Below are positions 20,520 through 32,948 of a stretch of 64,000 nt of DNA, one piece after another. The stretch is from the human T2T-CHM13v2.0 reference genome, Homo sapiens: NCBI RefSeq assembly GCF_009914755.1, contig NC_060932.1. The stretch is one strand, 5' to 3'. Position 1 is the stretch's first letter, and every line of letters starts with the position of its first letter. A program made the position numbers and the translations under genes. The notes beneath the pieces are model-generated. The model ran no database searches. It was not told the DNA's origin and saw only the letters and a program-made list of their open reading frames with translations.

Positions 20520-21190
20520 TTTTTTTGACTTTATAAAGCTGTTATTATGAGATGTATATTTTGTAACAAAACTTTCACTTAATAGTTATTCCATGATTTG
20601 TCATTTTGGTTTTTTATAGGGGCTATATTTTAATTATTCAGACTACACTGTGACATGCCATTCTATTAGTTTACTGATGTTCATATGTAACTTATCCTGT
20701 TGATGGGCATTTGGATTGTTATAAGACTCCTGCTTTTATAAAAAGTTCTGCTATGAAAGACCTTCTGCATTATTTTACAATGCAGAGATAGGAGGAAATC
20801 TCTTGGGTTATATATCTAGGAGCAAATTGGTTGTGTCATAAGGTAATTGAGGTTTTGAATTTACTAGATAAATCAAACTTTTTATAAGTAGCTGTACCAA
20901 ATTATCCTCCATGAACAATCTCGAGAGATTCTACTGATGCATATCCTTTCCAACATGTGGTATTGTCAGAAATATAAATTTTTGTCAATGAAATGAATCT
21001 AAAATGGCATATCATTTGATTTAATTTTCTGATCATTAGAGATTAATAATCTCTTCATATGTTCATTGCTCTGATGTGTTCTCTCCTCTATGAAATTCCT
21101 ATTCAGTTCTAATGTTCATTTGTCTGTCTATTGGATGCTTGTGTATTTCTCATTTTTAATAGGATTTTTTAATACAATCTCGATACTCTT
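20520..21190 (-). mobile_element. Old L1ME-type fragment
   Basis: ctgttgatgggcatttggattgtt; tatatctaggagcaaattggttgtgtcataaggta; atcctttccaacatgtggtattgtcag. Confidence 0.6.
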
Positions 21191-21917
21191 CAATGTCACT
21201 TTCTCAGAACTGTAAATGATGCATCAAATTCATATGTTGGTGCAAACGGTATAAATCCAAGTTAAAATGCTTTCCTAAGTAAAATTAAGGGTAAAAATCA
21301 CCACCATAATATGAAATTCTGGAACACAAGAAAAATTCTAATTTTTATTTGAAAATTATTATTATATTTGTTTAAAATCTTAGTAATTATATTAGTTTCC
21401 TAGGGATAGCACAACAAATTACTACAGAGAGAGTAGCTTAAGACACAGAAATTTAATCCCAGCACTTTGGGAGGCCAAAGTGGGCAGATCACTTGAGGTC
21501 AGGAGTTTGAGATCAGCCTGGCCAAAATGGTGAAACTCTGTCTCTACTAAAAATACAAAAATTAACCAGGTGTGGTGGCATGCACCTGTAACTCCAACTA
21601 TTCGGGAGGCTGAGGCATAAGAATCATTTGAACCCAGGAGGCGGAGGTTGCAGTGAGCCAAGATGGTGCCACACTCCAACCTGGTGAAGCAGGATGTTTC
21701 CCTGACGCCTTCACGGGACTTGTGACAAGGGTGCCTCGTTTACTCTGCCTGCCACTCTCAACTCTTCACGGGAGGGAGCCTGCAAGCGAATACGTGCAGG
21801 AACTGGAGTGAATGAGCACTGGAACCGGCTGGCAGCTTCTGCACCAGTGAGAGTTAACTCCACTCACTCAGACCTGCTGCCTTCCATTTCTCATGGGAGG
21901 GAGTTCACAGGTAAGAG

Positions 21918-23214
21918 TGAGAGGTGACAGCGTGCTGGTAATCCTCATAGCCCTCGCTTGCTCTCGGCACCTCCTCTGCCTAGGCTCCCACTTTGGCAGT
22001 ACTTGAGGAGCTCTTCAGCCCACCGCTGCATTGTGGTAGCCCCTTTCTGGGCTGGCCAAGGCCAGAGCCGGCTCCCTCAGCTTGCAGGCAGGTGTGGGGG
22101 GAGAGGCGCGAGCGGGAACCGGGGCTGTGCGTGGCGCTTGTGGGCCAGCTGGAGTTCCGGGTGGGCATGCGCTTGGCAGGCCCCGCACTCGGAGCGGCCG
22201 GCTGGCCCTGCTGGCCCCAGGCAATGAGGGACTTAGCACCCGGGCCAGTGGCTGCAGAGGGTGTACTGGGTCCCCCAGCAATGCCAGCCCACCAGTGCTG
22301 TGCTCGATTTCTCAATGGGCCTTAGCCGCCTTCCCGCGGGGCAGGGCTCGGGACTGCAGCCCGCCATGCTTGAGCCTCCCACCCCCTCCATGGGCTCCTG
22401 TGCGCTGGAGGCTCCTCGACGAGTGCCACCCCCTGCTCCACAGCGCCCAGTCCCATCGATCACCCAAGGGCTGAAGAGTGCGAGCGCATGGCACAGGACT
22501 GGCAGGCAGCTCCACCTGCAGCCCCGGTGCAGGATCCACTGGGTGAAGCCAGCTGGGCTCCTGAGTCTGGTGGGGACATGGAGAACCTTTATGTCTAGCT
22601 CAGGGATTGTAAATACACCAATCGGCACTCTGTATCTAGCTCAAGGTTTGTAAACACACCAATCAGCACCCTGTGTCTAGCTCAGGGTTTGTGAATGCAG
22701 CAATGGAGACTCTGTATCTAGCTGCTCTGGTGGGGCCTTGAAGAACCTTTGTGTCCATACTCTCTATCTAACTAATCTGATGGGGACGTGGAGAACCTTT
22801 ATGTCTAGCTCAGGGACTGTAAACGCACCAATCAGCGCCCTGTCAAAACAGACCACTCGGCTCTACCAATCAGCGGGATGTGGGTGGGGCCAGATAAGAG
22901 AATAAAAGCAGGCTGCCCAAGCCAGCAGTGGTAACTCGCTCGGGTCTTCTTCCATACTGTGGAAGCCTTGTTCTTTCGCTCTTTGCAATAAATCTTTCTG
23001 CTGCTCACTCTTTGGGTCCACATTGCTTTTATGAGCTGTAACACTCACCGTGAAAGTCTGCAGCTTCACTCCTAAAGCCAGCGAAACCACGAGCCCACTG
23101 GGAAGAACGAACAACTCCAGATGTGCCACCTTAAGAGCTGTAACACTCACCGCGAGGGTCCGTGGCTTCATTCTTGAAGTCAGTGAGACCAAGAACCCAC
23201 CAATTCCGGACACA
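21918..23214 (+). mobile_element. LTR12 (ERV9) solo LTR, LTR12C/E-like
   Basis: tgagaggtgacagcgtgctgg...ccaattccggacaca; tandem tctagctcagg/caccaatc repeats; 4-bp TSD agag. Confidence 0.96.
22580..22930 (+). promoter_or_regulatory. LTR12 U3 promoter core: clustered CCAAT (NF-Y) boxes, GC box, GATA site and AATAAA/TATA-like element
   Basis: ccaatc near 22618, 22659, 22828 and 22866, followed by gggtggggccagataagagaataaaagc. Activity cannot be shown from sequence. Confidence 0.6.
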
Positions 23215-24878
23215 AGAGGGTGTAGGAAACAGCACTTTTGGGCCCTGGCAGGAACAAACTCCATTTACTAAGCTCGTCACGCTCAAACTCCTTGTGGGAG
23301 GAAGCACACAAGTGAGTATGGGCTCCAAATGGCTGCTGTTGGGTTCCAGCAGGAGTAAACTGTGTGCAGGCCCCGCAGCAGCAGGTGGTGGGGGTGCCTG
23401 TGACTCCCGAAGCTCCAGAGAGCATGTTACAGTGCTCTTTTAGCTCTGTTGTTTACACAGCTTAAGTGTTAATAGCTCAGTGGGCCCTTTGCCTTTTCGC
23501 ATGGGGTGGCTGCCCTCTGCCAGCAAGGGTAAAGGGCCAGCGTGACAACCTTTTGTATCTGCACTTGTGGCTCCTGACCTCTTGCCTAGCATCCAGGAAA
23601 AATTAGGTGGCATGAAGCAATCGAAGGATGGTAAGTGCAGGGGATTTTATTACTAATTAAAGTGACTTTCAGCAGGAAGGGGAGATGAATAGGGGATAGA
23701 GTAGGTAATCTTCCCCTGAAGTCCTGCCATCTCTGGCCAGATTCTTCTCAAGCATTACCCTGTCAAGCTTTCCCTCTGAAGTAAAGCCGATTCTCTCTGA
23801 TGTCCAGATACAGTCCTGTCTACTGGCTGAGTATGGGGTTTTTATAGACACAGGATCATGTGGGGTGGAGCCATGGTTGTTTAGAAAGAGGCAACATTCA
23901 AGCGGGAAAACAGGGATGTAAGTTCTCACTTTGGGCTACAGTTTCAGACTTTTGGCTTGAGAGTGTGGTTTCCCTGGGGACCTGCCCTTTTGTGCCTAGA
24001 ATTTCACTGCCCCCTGTCCCTATCACTGGCGGACAGAGTGAGATTCTGTTTCAAAAAAAAAAAAAAACCCAGAAATTTATTTTCTAACATTCTGGAACCT
24101 AGAAGTCCAAGATTAAGGTGTCCTAGGTAAGGCCTCAATATGTGAATTTTTCAGGGACACAATTGAGTGCATAACAATCAAAGTTTAAGTGTTTAACAAT
24201 ATTTTTTCCGAAAATAATTCCTCAGCAGTATCCTGTGCTGGATTTCTCCTAAAATCCTTTTATTATGTATTAGCTATCCTAATTAGATACTTAGTAGTTT
24301 AATCATTGAAAACAATGACTTTTTGCTTTTGAGTAAGCAAATTTTCAAATATATAACAAAGTAGAAGAACTAGTAAATATAATGAATCCCAATGTACCCA
24401 CTATTCAGCTTCAATGAATGACTAATGGCCAATATTGCTTCATTTATTCTCCCATCCACTTGTAACCTTTTCCAAAAATTAATTCTGAAATATCAGATAT
24501 CATATCATTTCATCCATAAACATTTTACTATGTATCTTTATAAGATAAGAATTTTTAAAAATAAGCAAAATACCAATTTCACAATTAATTTTAATGTATT
24601 GCCTTAATATAATCAAATATCCAGCCAATATAAAAATGTCTCTGGTTATCTGAATGTTTTAGTAATCTATGCAAATGAGGTATCAAGTATATAAATATAT
24701 ATATATATTTAGATCTATATATTGCAAATGGCTGGCATGACACTAAATACACACTTGGTTTTGGAATAGAAAGTGAATACTTCTATCAACAATATTAAAA
24801 CTGTTGAAGATTTTTGAGGCTTTTGTTTTGCTTTGCATTGTTTTATCTTTCTTTTCTATTGAAATAAGTAGATCAATT

Positions 24879-24959
24879 ATACGTTGATGCAAAAGTGATT
24901 GCGGTTCTTTCCCATTGAAACTAATGGCAAAAACTGCAATAACTTTTGTACCAACCCAA
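24879..24959. mobile_element. MADE1 (Hsmar1-derived MITE)
   Basis: ~80-bp imperfect palindrome gttgatgcaaaagtgattgcggtt...aactgcaataacttttgtaccaac. Confidence 0.9.
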
Positions 24960-25234
24960 TATTATGTTTTACAAAGATTGAATTAGTCCCTCTCCCTTAT
25001 CGTCACACCAGCAATTTGATGCACATATGTATTCATGTTTATCATTCTGTTTGAGATATTTCTTTTCAGAATATAAATTTGCCTTATAAAAAATATTTGT
25101 TATTCTAAAGTTATATTTTAAAAGGTTTAGTTCATGTCACTGCGACTTCTACCTGAAATAGAGTATTATTTCTACTTCTCCCTCTCTCTAAGTTAAACAT
25201 TGTTTTTCTATTTTGTGTTCCTTTTCCATTTTTT

Positions 25235-26114
25235 AATGAAAAATATTTATTTCCCATGTTTAAAAGGAAAATTCGTATGGTGACCCAGTGCAGAGGGAGG
25301 TGGACCAGTCTTCATATCTCATTTATTTATATCAGTGTATTATGTATCTGTGGGTTTCTTATTGTTTCTAATATTGGAGACACTGAAATCACTGGCTGAG
25401 TAACCAAGACAGGGAGAATAACAAAGTCCTGGGTTTTAGGGTGTCCTCACCAGAGCTCCTCACAACTGGAGTTTAAAAGACAGAAAAAGCATACATTCAA
25501 AAGATGGTCAACTGCTTCAATGTCTGTTTGGAGGCCTGTCATCCTTTACCTCTGTCTGAATCTAAAGTGGCATTGTTTGTTTTCTTGGTGCTTTAAAATC
25601 CTTGTGAATTGACCAAAACAGATGGTAGGAGGTATTCTATGATCATGGGTTCACCTGTCTTTCCCCATTTGTGCCTGGACCTTTGCTTTTCTTGGACTTA
25701 CCAAACCAGAAATCGCGAAATATCCATGAAGTCTTACCATATGACTCTCCAGCCAGTGTCTGTGGTGGTCCCTAACTTCTCTGTGCAGCCTTCTACCAAG
25801 CACTCATATATGTCTTACCTCCCATTTGGAATCTGTACGAATATGTTGTGCCAATTCAGGATGTGGCCTTACAAGTATTCAGAGGGAAACACTCTGGATA
25901 ATTCGAAAGGAGCTGCTGTGCCTGTGCAGCGTGTGACAGTGGCTTGTATCACCCATGAAGATGTCAGATACCTGGAAGCAACCCACAACCTCACAGGTAA
26001 GCCTGGACACTCTGGGATGCTAGGGCAGCTTGGTCATCTGTGACAGGTGCAGCAGCATGTCCTCGTCTTGAAGGTTCCACTGGCTCTGCCGTCCCTGACC
26101 CCAAGTCCAGCTCC
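25235..26114 (-). pseudogene. ZNF511 (retrocopy): Decayed processed pseudogene of ZNF511 (5'-truncated, with probable 3'UTR)
   Basis: My minus-strand translation gives collinear blocks PRVSRLTCEVVGCFQVSD, HCHTLH, RVFPSEYL*, GHILNWHN, DIYECLVEGCTEKL (25814-25773), HMVRLHGY, DFWFGKSKKSKGP and RIPPTICFGQ (25638-25609). These match the recalled ZNF511 blocks PRVPAFACQVAGCCQVFD, HYHTLH, RAFPSGHLL, HILEWHD, DMYQCLVEGCTEKF, HMVRMHLY, DFRFDKPKKSRSP and RIPSTICFGQ. No introns; stops and frameshifts present; AATAAA on - near 25250 and 25325. Confidence 0.88.
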
Positions 26115-26754
26115 ATTATTTTTTAATGTAAGATAATATACTTTACTTAAATATTTGTAAATGATGTATCTATCACATATATGTGTGTGTATGTGTGTAT
26201 ATATCTATATAGAGATAGATAAATAAATATAGTATCTCTTAAAAGAAACTTAACATAATCTGGACACCACTCAACATAGACTCCATTTCTTTTCAAAACT
26301 CATGACATCCATTCTGTGGCTATATTATATTATATTCAGCAAATCTCCTGATGGAATGAGTGTTTGGACTGTTCCAGTATTTTCCTACTATAAATCATCC
26401 TGTAGCCTTATACACATAGCTTTAAACATACTTTTTTTTTTTTCATAATGTTGTCAGAGTGTCATTGAGATAGAAGCCTGGAAGTAGAATTGCTGAATTA
26501 AGGGGAATAGGCATTTTTAATTTTCCTAGCATATTCAAATTATCCTACATATTATTTGTAGCATTTTGCATTCCTACCAGCAATATGAGAAAGTTTACCT
26601 GCTTCCCCAAAAATTCACCTATGGAGTGTTTTGTTGAACTATTGTTTATCATCAGTTTGGTTATTGAGGAAAATGGCAGTCAGTGGGGTCTAAATGGACA
26701 CTCCTCATATTAGGAGCAAAACTGAACACATTTTGCTTTCATCTTACTATGATT

Positions 26755-27563
26755 TCTTCTTTTTCATTTGTGCAAATTTATGGGGTACGTGAGTGATTTT
26801 TTACATGTGTGTAATATTCAGTAATCAAGTCAAGGCATTTAGGTTGTCCATCATCCAAGTACAATACATTTTTGTTAAATACAGTCATTCCACTCTGCTA
26901 TCAAACAGTAAATTTATTTTTATCCTACTGCATGTTTGTAAATTTGAACCCACTTTTCTCCATCCTCTCCCTTAGACTCTGCTCACACTTCCAGTCTCTG
27001 TTATTTTTTACACTTTTTACCAACAAGTGTTCATATTTTATTTTATTTTATTTGTTTTGCTCCCACAGTTAAGTAAAGAACATGCAATATTTGTCTTTTT
27101 GTGCCTGGTTTATTTCATTTAAGATAATGCCCTCTAGTTCCATTCATGTTGCTGCAAAGGACATGATTTCCTTCTTTTTGTGACGGAAGAGAACTTCTTT
27201 ATCCATTCATTAATTGATGGGCACTTAGGTTGATTCCATATCTTTGCTATTGTGAATAGTGCTGTGATAAACATGCCAGTGCAGGTATCTAGGTATCTCT
27301 TTGATATGTTGATTTCTTTTTTGAGGGGGTAGACACTTAGTACAGGATTCCTGTATTAGATGTTAATTCTATTTTTATTTTATTTATTTATTTTTTTGAG
27401 AACTCTCCATACGGTTTTCCACAGTGGCTGTACTAGTTTACATCTCCACCAATAATGTGTAAGAATTCCCTTTTCTCCACATCCTTGGCAACATCTGTTA
27501 TTTTTGTGTCTTTTTAATAAAAGCCATTCTGACTGGGGTAAGATGTGATCTCATTGTGGATTT
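26755..27563 (-). mobile_element. L1MA (approx. L1MA2-3) 3' end
   Basis: aatttatggggtacgtgagtga...cattcatgttgctgcaaaggacatgatttc...gccattctgactggggtaagatg. Confidence 0.85.
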
Positions 27564-28159
27564 CCTGTTTTTTGTACCTTTTGTCCTTTTTATAATGGAG
27601 TTATTTTTTTTATTTTCTATGTTCAGAAGGTCTTCATTTATTAGAGATATTAACACTTAGTATATTTACAAATATTGTCCCTAACTTAGATGTTTTCATA
27701 TAAGGTTGTTACAGAATCAAGAATTGTTTTATGTCTCACACTTCTAGTGAATATTATCACTGATGATGCTGTGGTTACCAAATTATTAGCAACTATAAGA
27801 CTTAACCACTTTTTGTTTCCAAGACTTGATGTTTACTTTATGGTATCTATTGAATGTCATTAAAGTTATTACATACTCTGAAGTTTTGTGCATTTTCTGA
27901 GGAAGAAGCTTTCTGATCACTGTACATGACTACTTAAAATCCTTGCCCTTGATTACATTTTTATTTCTAATATATGTGCATATACTGACTTCACATAAGT
28001 ATTTGTGAAAATGTTTCTTTAAATCATGGATTTAGAAGCTTAGCAACTGAAAAATGTACTAGAATTTCAAGATAATAATATCTTAAATTTTCATCTGAAT
28101 CTGTTTTCATTGTATGAATAGTAGTTTCTTTTGAAATAGCACAATAGGAATAACTTTTT

Positions 28160-28985
28160 CTTATTTTGTATTTGTGCTAAGAACACTTAGCATAAGATCT
28201 ACTCTCTTAAATGTTTAAGTGTGCAACACAGCATTGTTAACCATAGGCACAATGCTGTATAGCAGATCTCTAAAATGTATTAATTTTGCATAACTGAAAC
28301 TTTGCGCCTGTTGAACAGCAACTGCTCATTTCCTTCTCCCTCCAGTCCCTGGCAATCACTATTCTATTTTCTGTTTCTGTGGGTTTCATTGTCTTAAATA
28401 TCTCATATAAGTGGAATCATGTGATATTTGTCCTGTGAATGGCTTATTTTACTTAGCATAATGTCTTCCAGTTTATTCATGTGTTTGCATATAGCAGGAT
28501 TTCCTTCTGTTTTAGAACTGAATAATATGCAACAGTGTGTATATGTTACATTTTTTCAAATCCATTTATCTGTTGACAGTCATTTGGGTTGTTTACATAT
28601 CTTGGCCATTGTGAATAACACTGCAATAAACATGGGAATGCAGATAGCTCTTTGAGATTATGATTTCAATTCTTTTAGATATATACTCAGAAGTGGGATT
28701 GGTGGTTGCTCCATATTACATTCCCACCAACAGCATACACAGATTCCATTTTTTTTCACATTCTTTCCAATACTTGTTATCTTTGGTGGTTTGTTTGTTT
28801 TAATAATAGCCATCCTAACAGGTGTGAAGTGTTAGCTCATTGTTGTTTTGATTTGCATTTCCCTTAGGATAAGTCACTTTGAGCATATCTTCATATGCTT
28901 GTTGACCATTTGTATGTCTTCTTTGGAGAAATGTCTACTCAAATCCTTTGCTCATTTTTTAAAAAATTGGGTTGTCATTTTGCTA
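28160..28985 (-). mobile_element. L1MA8/9-like 3' end
   Basis: aagaacacttagcataagatctactctcttaa...gccatcctaacaggtgtgaagtg...ctttggagaaatgtctactcaaatcctttgc. Confidence 0.85.
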
Positions 28986-30047
28986 GAAGATCTTTAAAAT
29001 ACATATGTTATTAATACTTTTACTCTGAAAACACATCCATTTATTTGTTTTTTTTTTTTTAGCAGAGATTGATAGTAAGCTCTGCATGTTGGTATTGTTA
29101 CCTACAAATGACCATATTAAAGCCTTCTTTCCTTTAAGCAATGTTTTTAACCTGTGACGACCATTGTCCCATTTTGTATGAACACCACGTGTTAGTAGTG
29201 GACAAAGTATTTCCAAAATCTTTTGTCATATAATTTCTCTTCAACTAAAGAAGAATGAAAAAAGTCCCACTAAGTAATCTTTCCTATGGCTTGCTACATT
29301 GCTAAAATATTAGGTGTTACAGTTTTTTCTCATACACTATATAATAGTGTATGATTATACATTACATAATATGCAAATATTTTGCCACTATTTTTCTTAT
29401 AGAACTGGTTGATAATTGTCATGTTTTGAATTAATTTAACTCTTTCTAAAATTATGACTTTTTTAATGTATAAGTTAAAGCAATCCTTAAAGGAGATTAT
29501 ATAAAATTATATCAAAAGGCAAATAAATATACATGAAATTAAAACAGACATAATAAATTTTAGAAACTGGCATGAAAATAAGAGTGTGTGATGAAATTAT
29601 GGGTGAATTTCTAATAAGAATTATTTGGAGAATGAAACAGCTGGTTTTCAGCTATTTCTAATTAACAAGGGCACAAAATACACTTTTCTGTAAGGATACT
29701 CTAGGAAATAAACAGAAAGAAGGTACCATAAAATATGAAAATAATATATTTTACATACAGAGCTAAACAAAAAAATGTGTTTGAATTTTGCATCTCAGTA
29801 GAGTAGAATGGTATCCAATTTAAAAGGCATAACAAAATTAACATATTACTGCCACTTTGGGGGATAACTTTTAACATGGTATACAGAAAAAACATAATAA
29901 GGTTTAAGGTGACTTTAAATGAGATTATCTGAAAGTAAATGTATAACTAGTGGACTAAACATATAAAGCTTTGATGTCAGCACAAACCATCCTATGCTTT
30001 ATAATTTATATCAGATTTGGCTTGAAACTTCATTTTATGTGCCTTGC

Positions 30048-30775
30048 TGAGACAGTATAGAGAAGAGACTCCATCCTGGCAGATCAGAGACATGGTAACC
30101 AAGATGCCATGGGCTTCACATGACCAGATATATTTCCTCCCTGACCTTCTTGCCTCTCCTAACAAGCTGACCCAAATCAAGTAGCAGAGAGCTGCCACCT
30201 CCTAACTTAGCTGATTAGACTGAATTCCTACCTATAAAAGGAAGAGTCTACCCAGTTATCTCCTTGAGTGATGCTTCCCAAGGTTGCTAAAGTGGGACTC
30301 TAGCAGCCCTCATAAGAACCTGGCCATCCCCCGAGGTTACTGAAATGAGACTGTTACTCCTGATAAAAACCAGACCAGATCTAGCCGTCTGAAGATAAGA
30401 AGCACTCCAGCGCTGACCTTTCAATTATAATACTACAAATTTCAATTATAATACTACAAATCACACCCAGGGGTAGACATTTAACATGCTAATGAAACAC
30501 ATCATGCCTGAAGAAACATGTTATCAAACTGTGCGGGTGCTATATTCCTTACCTCTATATGGCTACACATCGCTCCTTTCTGGATTCCTTAAAATGACAA
30601 GATCAAACCCTTTGGAGAGCTAGCACTGGGATCTCTTTCTTGTAGATTGCTCCCTTGCGGTGCTTGAGCCTTGAGTCTGTTAAACCTTGCCTGAGAAAAA
30701 TTTCTGTTTGGCCTGGGGGTTAATATCTGCTTATGTGAGGGAGACACAGAACTCAGGATGCAAGCTGCAATAACA
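30048..30775 (+). mobile_element. ERV1-class solo LTR (possibly MER67-like)
   Basis: TG...taaCA termini, imperfect 4-bp TSD ttgc/ttgt, GC content above the flanks, gagactccatc start motif. Family uncertain. Confidence 0.6.
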
Positions 30776-32087
30776 TTGTCACATCCAGTCCCTCAGATGG
30801 GATCTTGCCATGGGGTTTCTATGTCTCCTGGCTCTGATTTCTTATTTTGCTGAATTAAGTTTCATTTATGGATTATCTGACCTTACATTTCTTTTCCCCC
30901 CAATTTTTCGTCTCATATTCGACACTGAAATTTTTTCTTCCTATTCAAAATGGTGGCTATACATAGCAAATACTTACTGAGAAGTGTACACTTCTGAAAT
31001 GAAATGAATGAATAAATGATACATAAATGAATAAATAAGAGTCTTGACTGCATCTTGATTGCCCATCTGCTTCTGGTCGTGGGGGATTTTTCAGCAGTCT
31101 TTTTTCATTTCATTCATGTTCCGGCTTTTTGGCATGTTACTCAGTTAATTCTCTGTCTTACACTTCTGTATATAACCTTTACTAAAGTTCTTATCCAGAG
31201 AAGTATAAGAACTATTATGTCTTTATTTTAGGGTTTTCCTCCAAATCATTTCATCAAAATTTTTACTTGCTGGTATCTAATTTTCTTTTAAAACAACAAT
31301 AACAACATCAACAACTTTTCAATTATTCTTTTTAAACAGAGCTCTGATATCAGTCATTAAAATAAGACCGCATGTATTTCACTCTATTACATCAGTATTT
31401 ATCCATTTACAGCATTAGTGTGGAAAAGAGACATTATGTTGTCATGAGAATCCATACCAAATCAATAATTTCACGTATCAAAATCTAGAACTCAATATAC
31501 AATTAAGAATTTCAAAAAAGTAAAATCAAAAATTTATATTGCATTTTATCACTTTTTTTACAAATGCAAGAATAATGTATAACTATAAAAATAGAAATTA
31601 AAATTGAAGCATGAAGATGTAATTGATTTTATAGGACTATTCAGTTTTCACTATTAAAGTTAATTTTGTACAAACCCTATAATTATGACTCATATTTAAA
31701 TATAATCCAATTTTTATATAGAATCCTTTAATTCTTAAAAATTTTTATATTACGGGAGTAAAAATCATAAAAACATAATCTAATTGAGGCAAAATAACTG
31801 GTAAAGTAAGTTGTAATGTACTTAAAATGTTCTCTTATTCATATATTAAATAACTTGAAATAATTGGATAATATAAATGCATTATAAAAAATTTCATGGC
31901 TCTTATCATAAATTGATTCTCATTTAATTTTACCCTGTGAAATTTAGGCATTATTGAATCATTACAATTGTGTTTCTGAGCTAGGGCTGGGATGTCTGGA
32001 GAATGTTTTTAAAAGCAGATTTCTGGGTATAATTTTCCCAAATTTGTATTTATTGTGTCTGAGTTTGTACTCGGGTATTTTTATACC

Positions 32088-32116
32088 TCTATCTATCTAT
32101 CTATCTATCTATCTAT
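32088..32116. repeat. (TATC)n microsatellite
   Basis: tctatctatctatctatctatctatcta. Confidence 0.95.
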
Positions 32117-32191
32117 ATCAATTAATAGATCAATAGCTATGTATTATTTTGTAAAGCTCCCAGTGAATCAGAGTTTATAGTCTTGTCTTAG

Positions 32192-32948
32192 TGATACGAA
32201 CAGGAGGCAGGGAAATACTGGGTAGAAGAAGGTGGTTCCCCAGCAAAGGTCCCACCCTCAAGCCTGGAAACCCATGGCCCTAAATGGGAACAGGCATTCC
32301 TGTTTTTGTGCCCAAATGTAGCCTTTTCCAAAACCACTCTGGCCCACCACACCCCTATCCAGTACCCATATAAACCCCAGACCCCAGGTTCCACTAGCAG
32401 AAGAGCAGCAGAACAGCAGAGCAGCACCGCAGAGGAGAGAAGAGAAAGAGCATCTGAACATCGAGAGGAGTTTGGCTGGAACATTGGAGAGGAATTGGCT
32501 GTGGTATGGCCACATTCCAGGAGGAGATCATCTTCCACTTCATCCCCTTTCCAGCTCCCCATCCATCCCACTGAAAGCTACCTCCATCATTCAATAAAAT
32601 CCCCACATTCACCCTCCTTCTTGTTTGAGTGACCTGTTTCTTCCTGGATACCATAAAAGTACCCGGGTACCAAGAGGACAGGGTGTAAAAGGTGGTCACC
32701 CTGACTCTCCACTGAGCTGGTTTAACACTTAGCAATCCGCAGATGGCAACTGCTAAAAGAGCATTGATTGTAACACACCCATAGATGCTACTATGGGGTC
32801 TGAGCCCAAAAGCGCTCGTCCTGGCTCCGGTACCTGCCCATCTGCATGCTCCCTCTCCAGTGAGGGGTTTGAGTGCTCAGCAGCAGAGCAAACAAGCCAC
32901 ACCCCTGTTGCAAGGCCTGCAAGGGGCTCAGGGAGTTCTCCCGTCTCA
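32192..32948 (+). mobile_element. LTR1-family ERV1 solo LTR
   Basis: tgatacgaacaggaggcagggaaatactgggtagaag...gggagttctcccgtctca; TATA (catataaa ~32367), AATAAA ~32593; perfect TSD ttag. Confidence 0.92.

Larger units (their letters stand above)
21685..24025 (-). mobile_element. ERV1 solo LTR of the LTR1/LTR28 group, split by LTR12
   Basis: Minus strand begins tgatagggacagggggcagtgaaattctaggc, similar to the LTR1 at 32192. 4-bp TSD ctgg (21681-21684 and 24026-24029). Confidence 0.82.
21455..24069 (+). mobile_element. 5'-truncated AluS split into 21455-21684 and 24030-24069
   Basis: atcccagcactttgggaggcc...cactccaacctgg | cggacagagtgagattctgtttcaaaaaaaa; TSD cagaaattta (21446-21455 and 24070-24079). 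Confidence 0.93.
21388..24176 (-). mobile_element. Internally deleted MLT1A/MSTD-like LTR, split into 21388-21455 and 24071-24176 by a nested stack
   Basis: tattagtttcctagggatagcacaacaaattactacaga...cagaaattta | ttttctaacattctggaacctagaagtccaagattaaggtg...gggacacaattgagtgcataaca. Confidence 0.8.
24330..26750 (-). mobile_element. Old L1MC/ME 3' region acting as host, interrupted by MADE1 and the ZNF511-like retrocopy
   Basis: tataatgaatcccaatgtacccactattcagcttcaat on the left; tttggactgttccagtattttcctactataaat and gaagtagaattgctgaatta on the right. Confidence 0.55.

Noticed and set aside
21958-23443. Cluster of overlapping ORFs and a CpG-island-like region
   Set aside because: Explained by the GC-rich LTR12/LTR1-28 sequence, not a gene promoter or coding region.
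24879-24959. Hairpin as a miRNA gene (also 46354-46433)
   Set aside because: These are MADE1 palindromes. Some MADE1 copies yield miR-548 family hairpins, but nothing in the sequence shows these copies are expressed.
25609-26043. 144-aa plus-strand ORF as a real CDS
   Set aside because: Starts at TTG, lies antisense to the ZNF511-like relic and has no domain. Retained only as a speculative exonisation idea.
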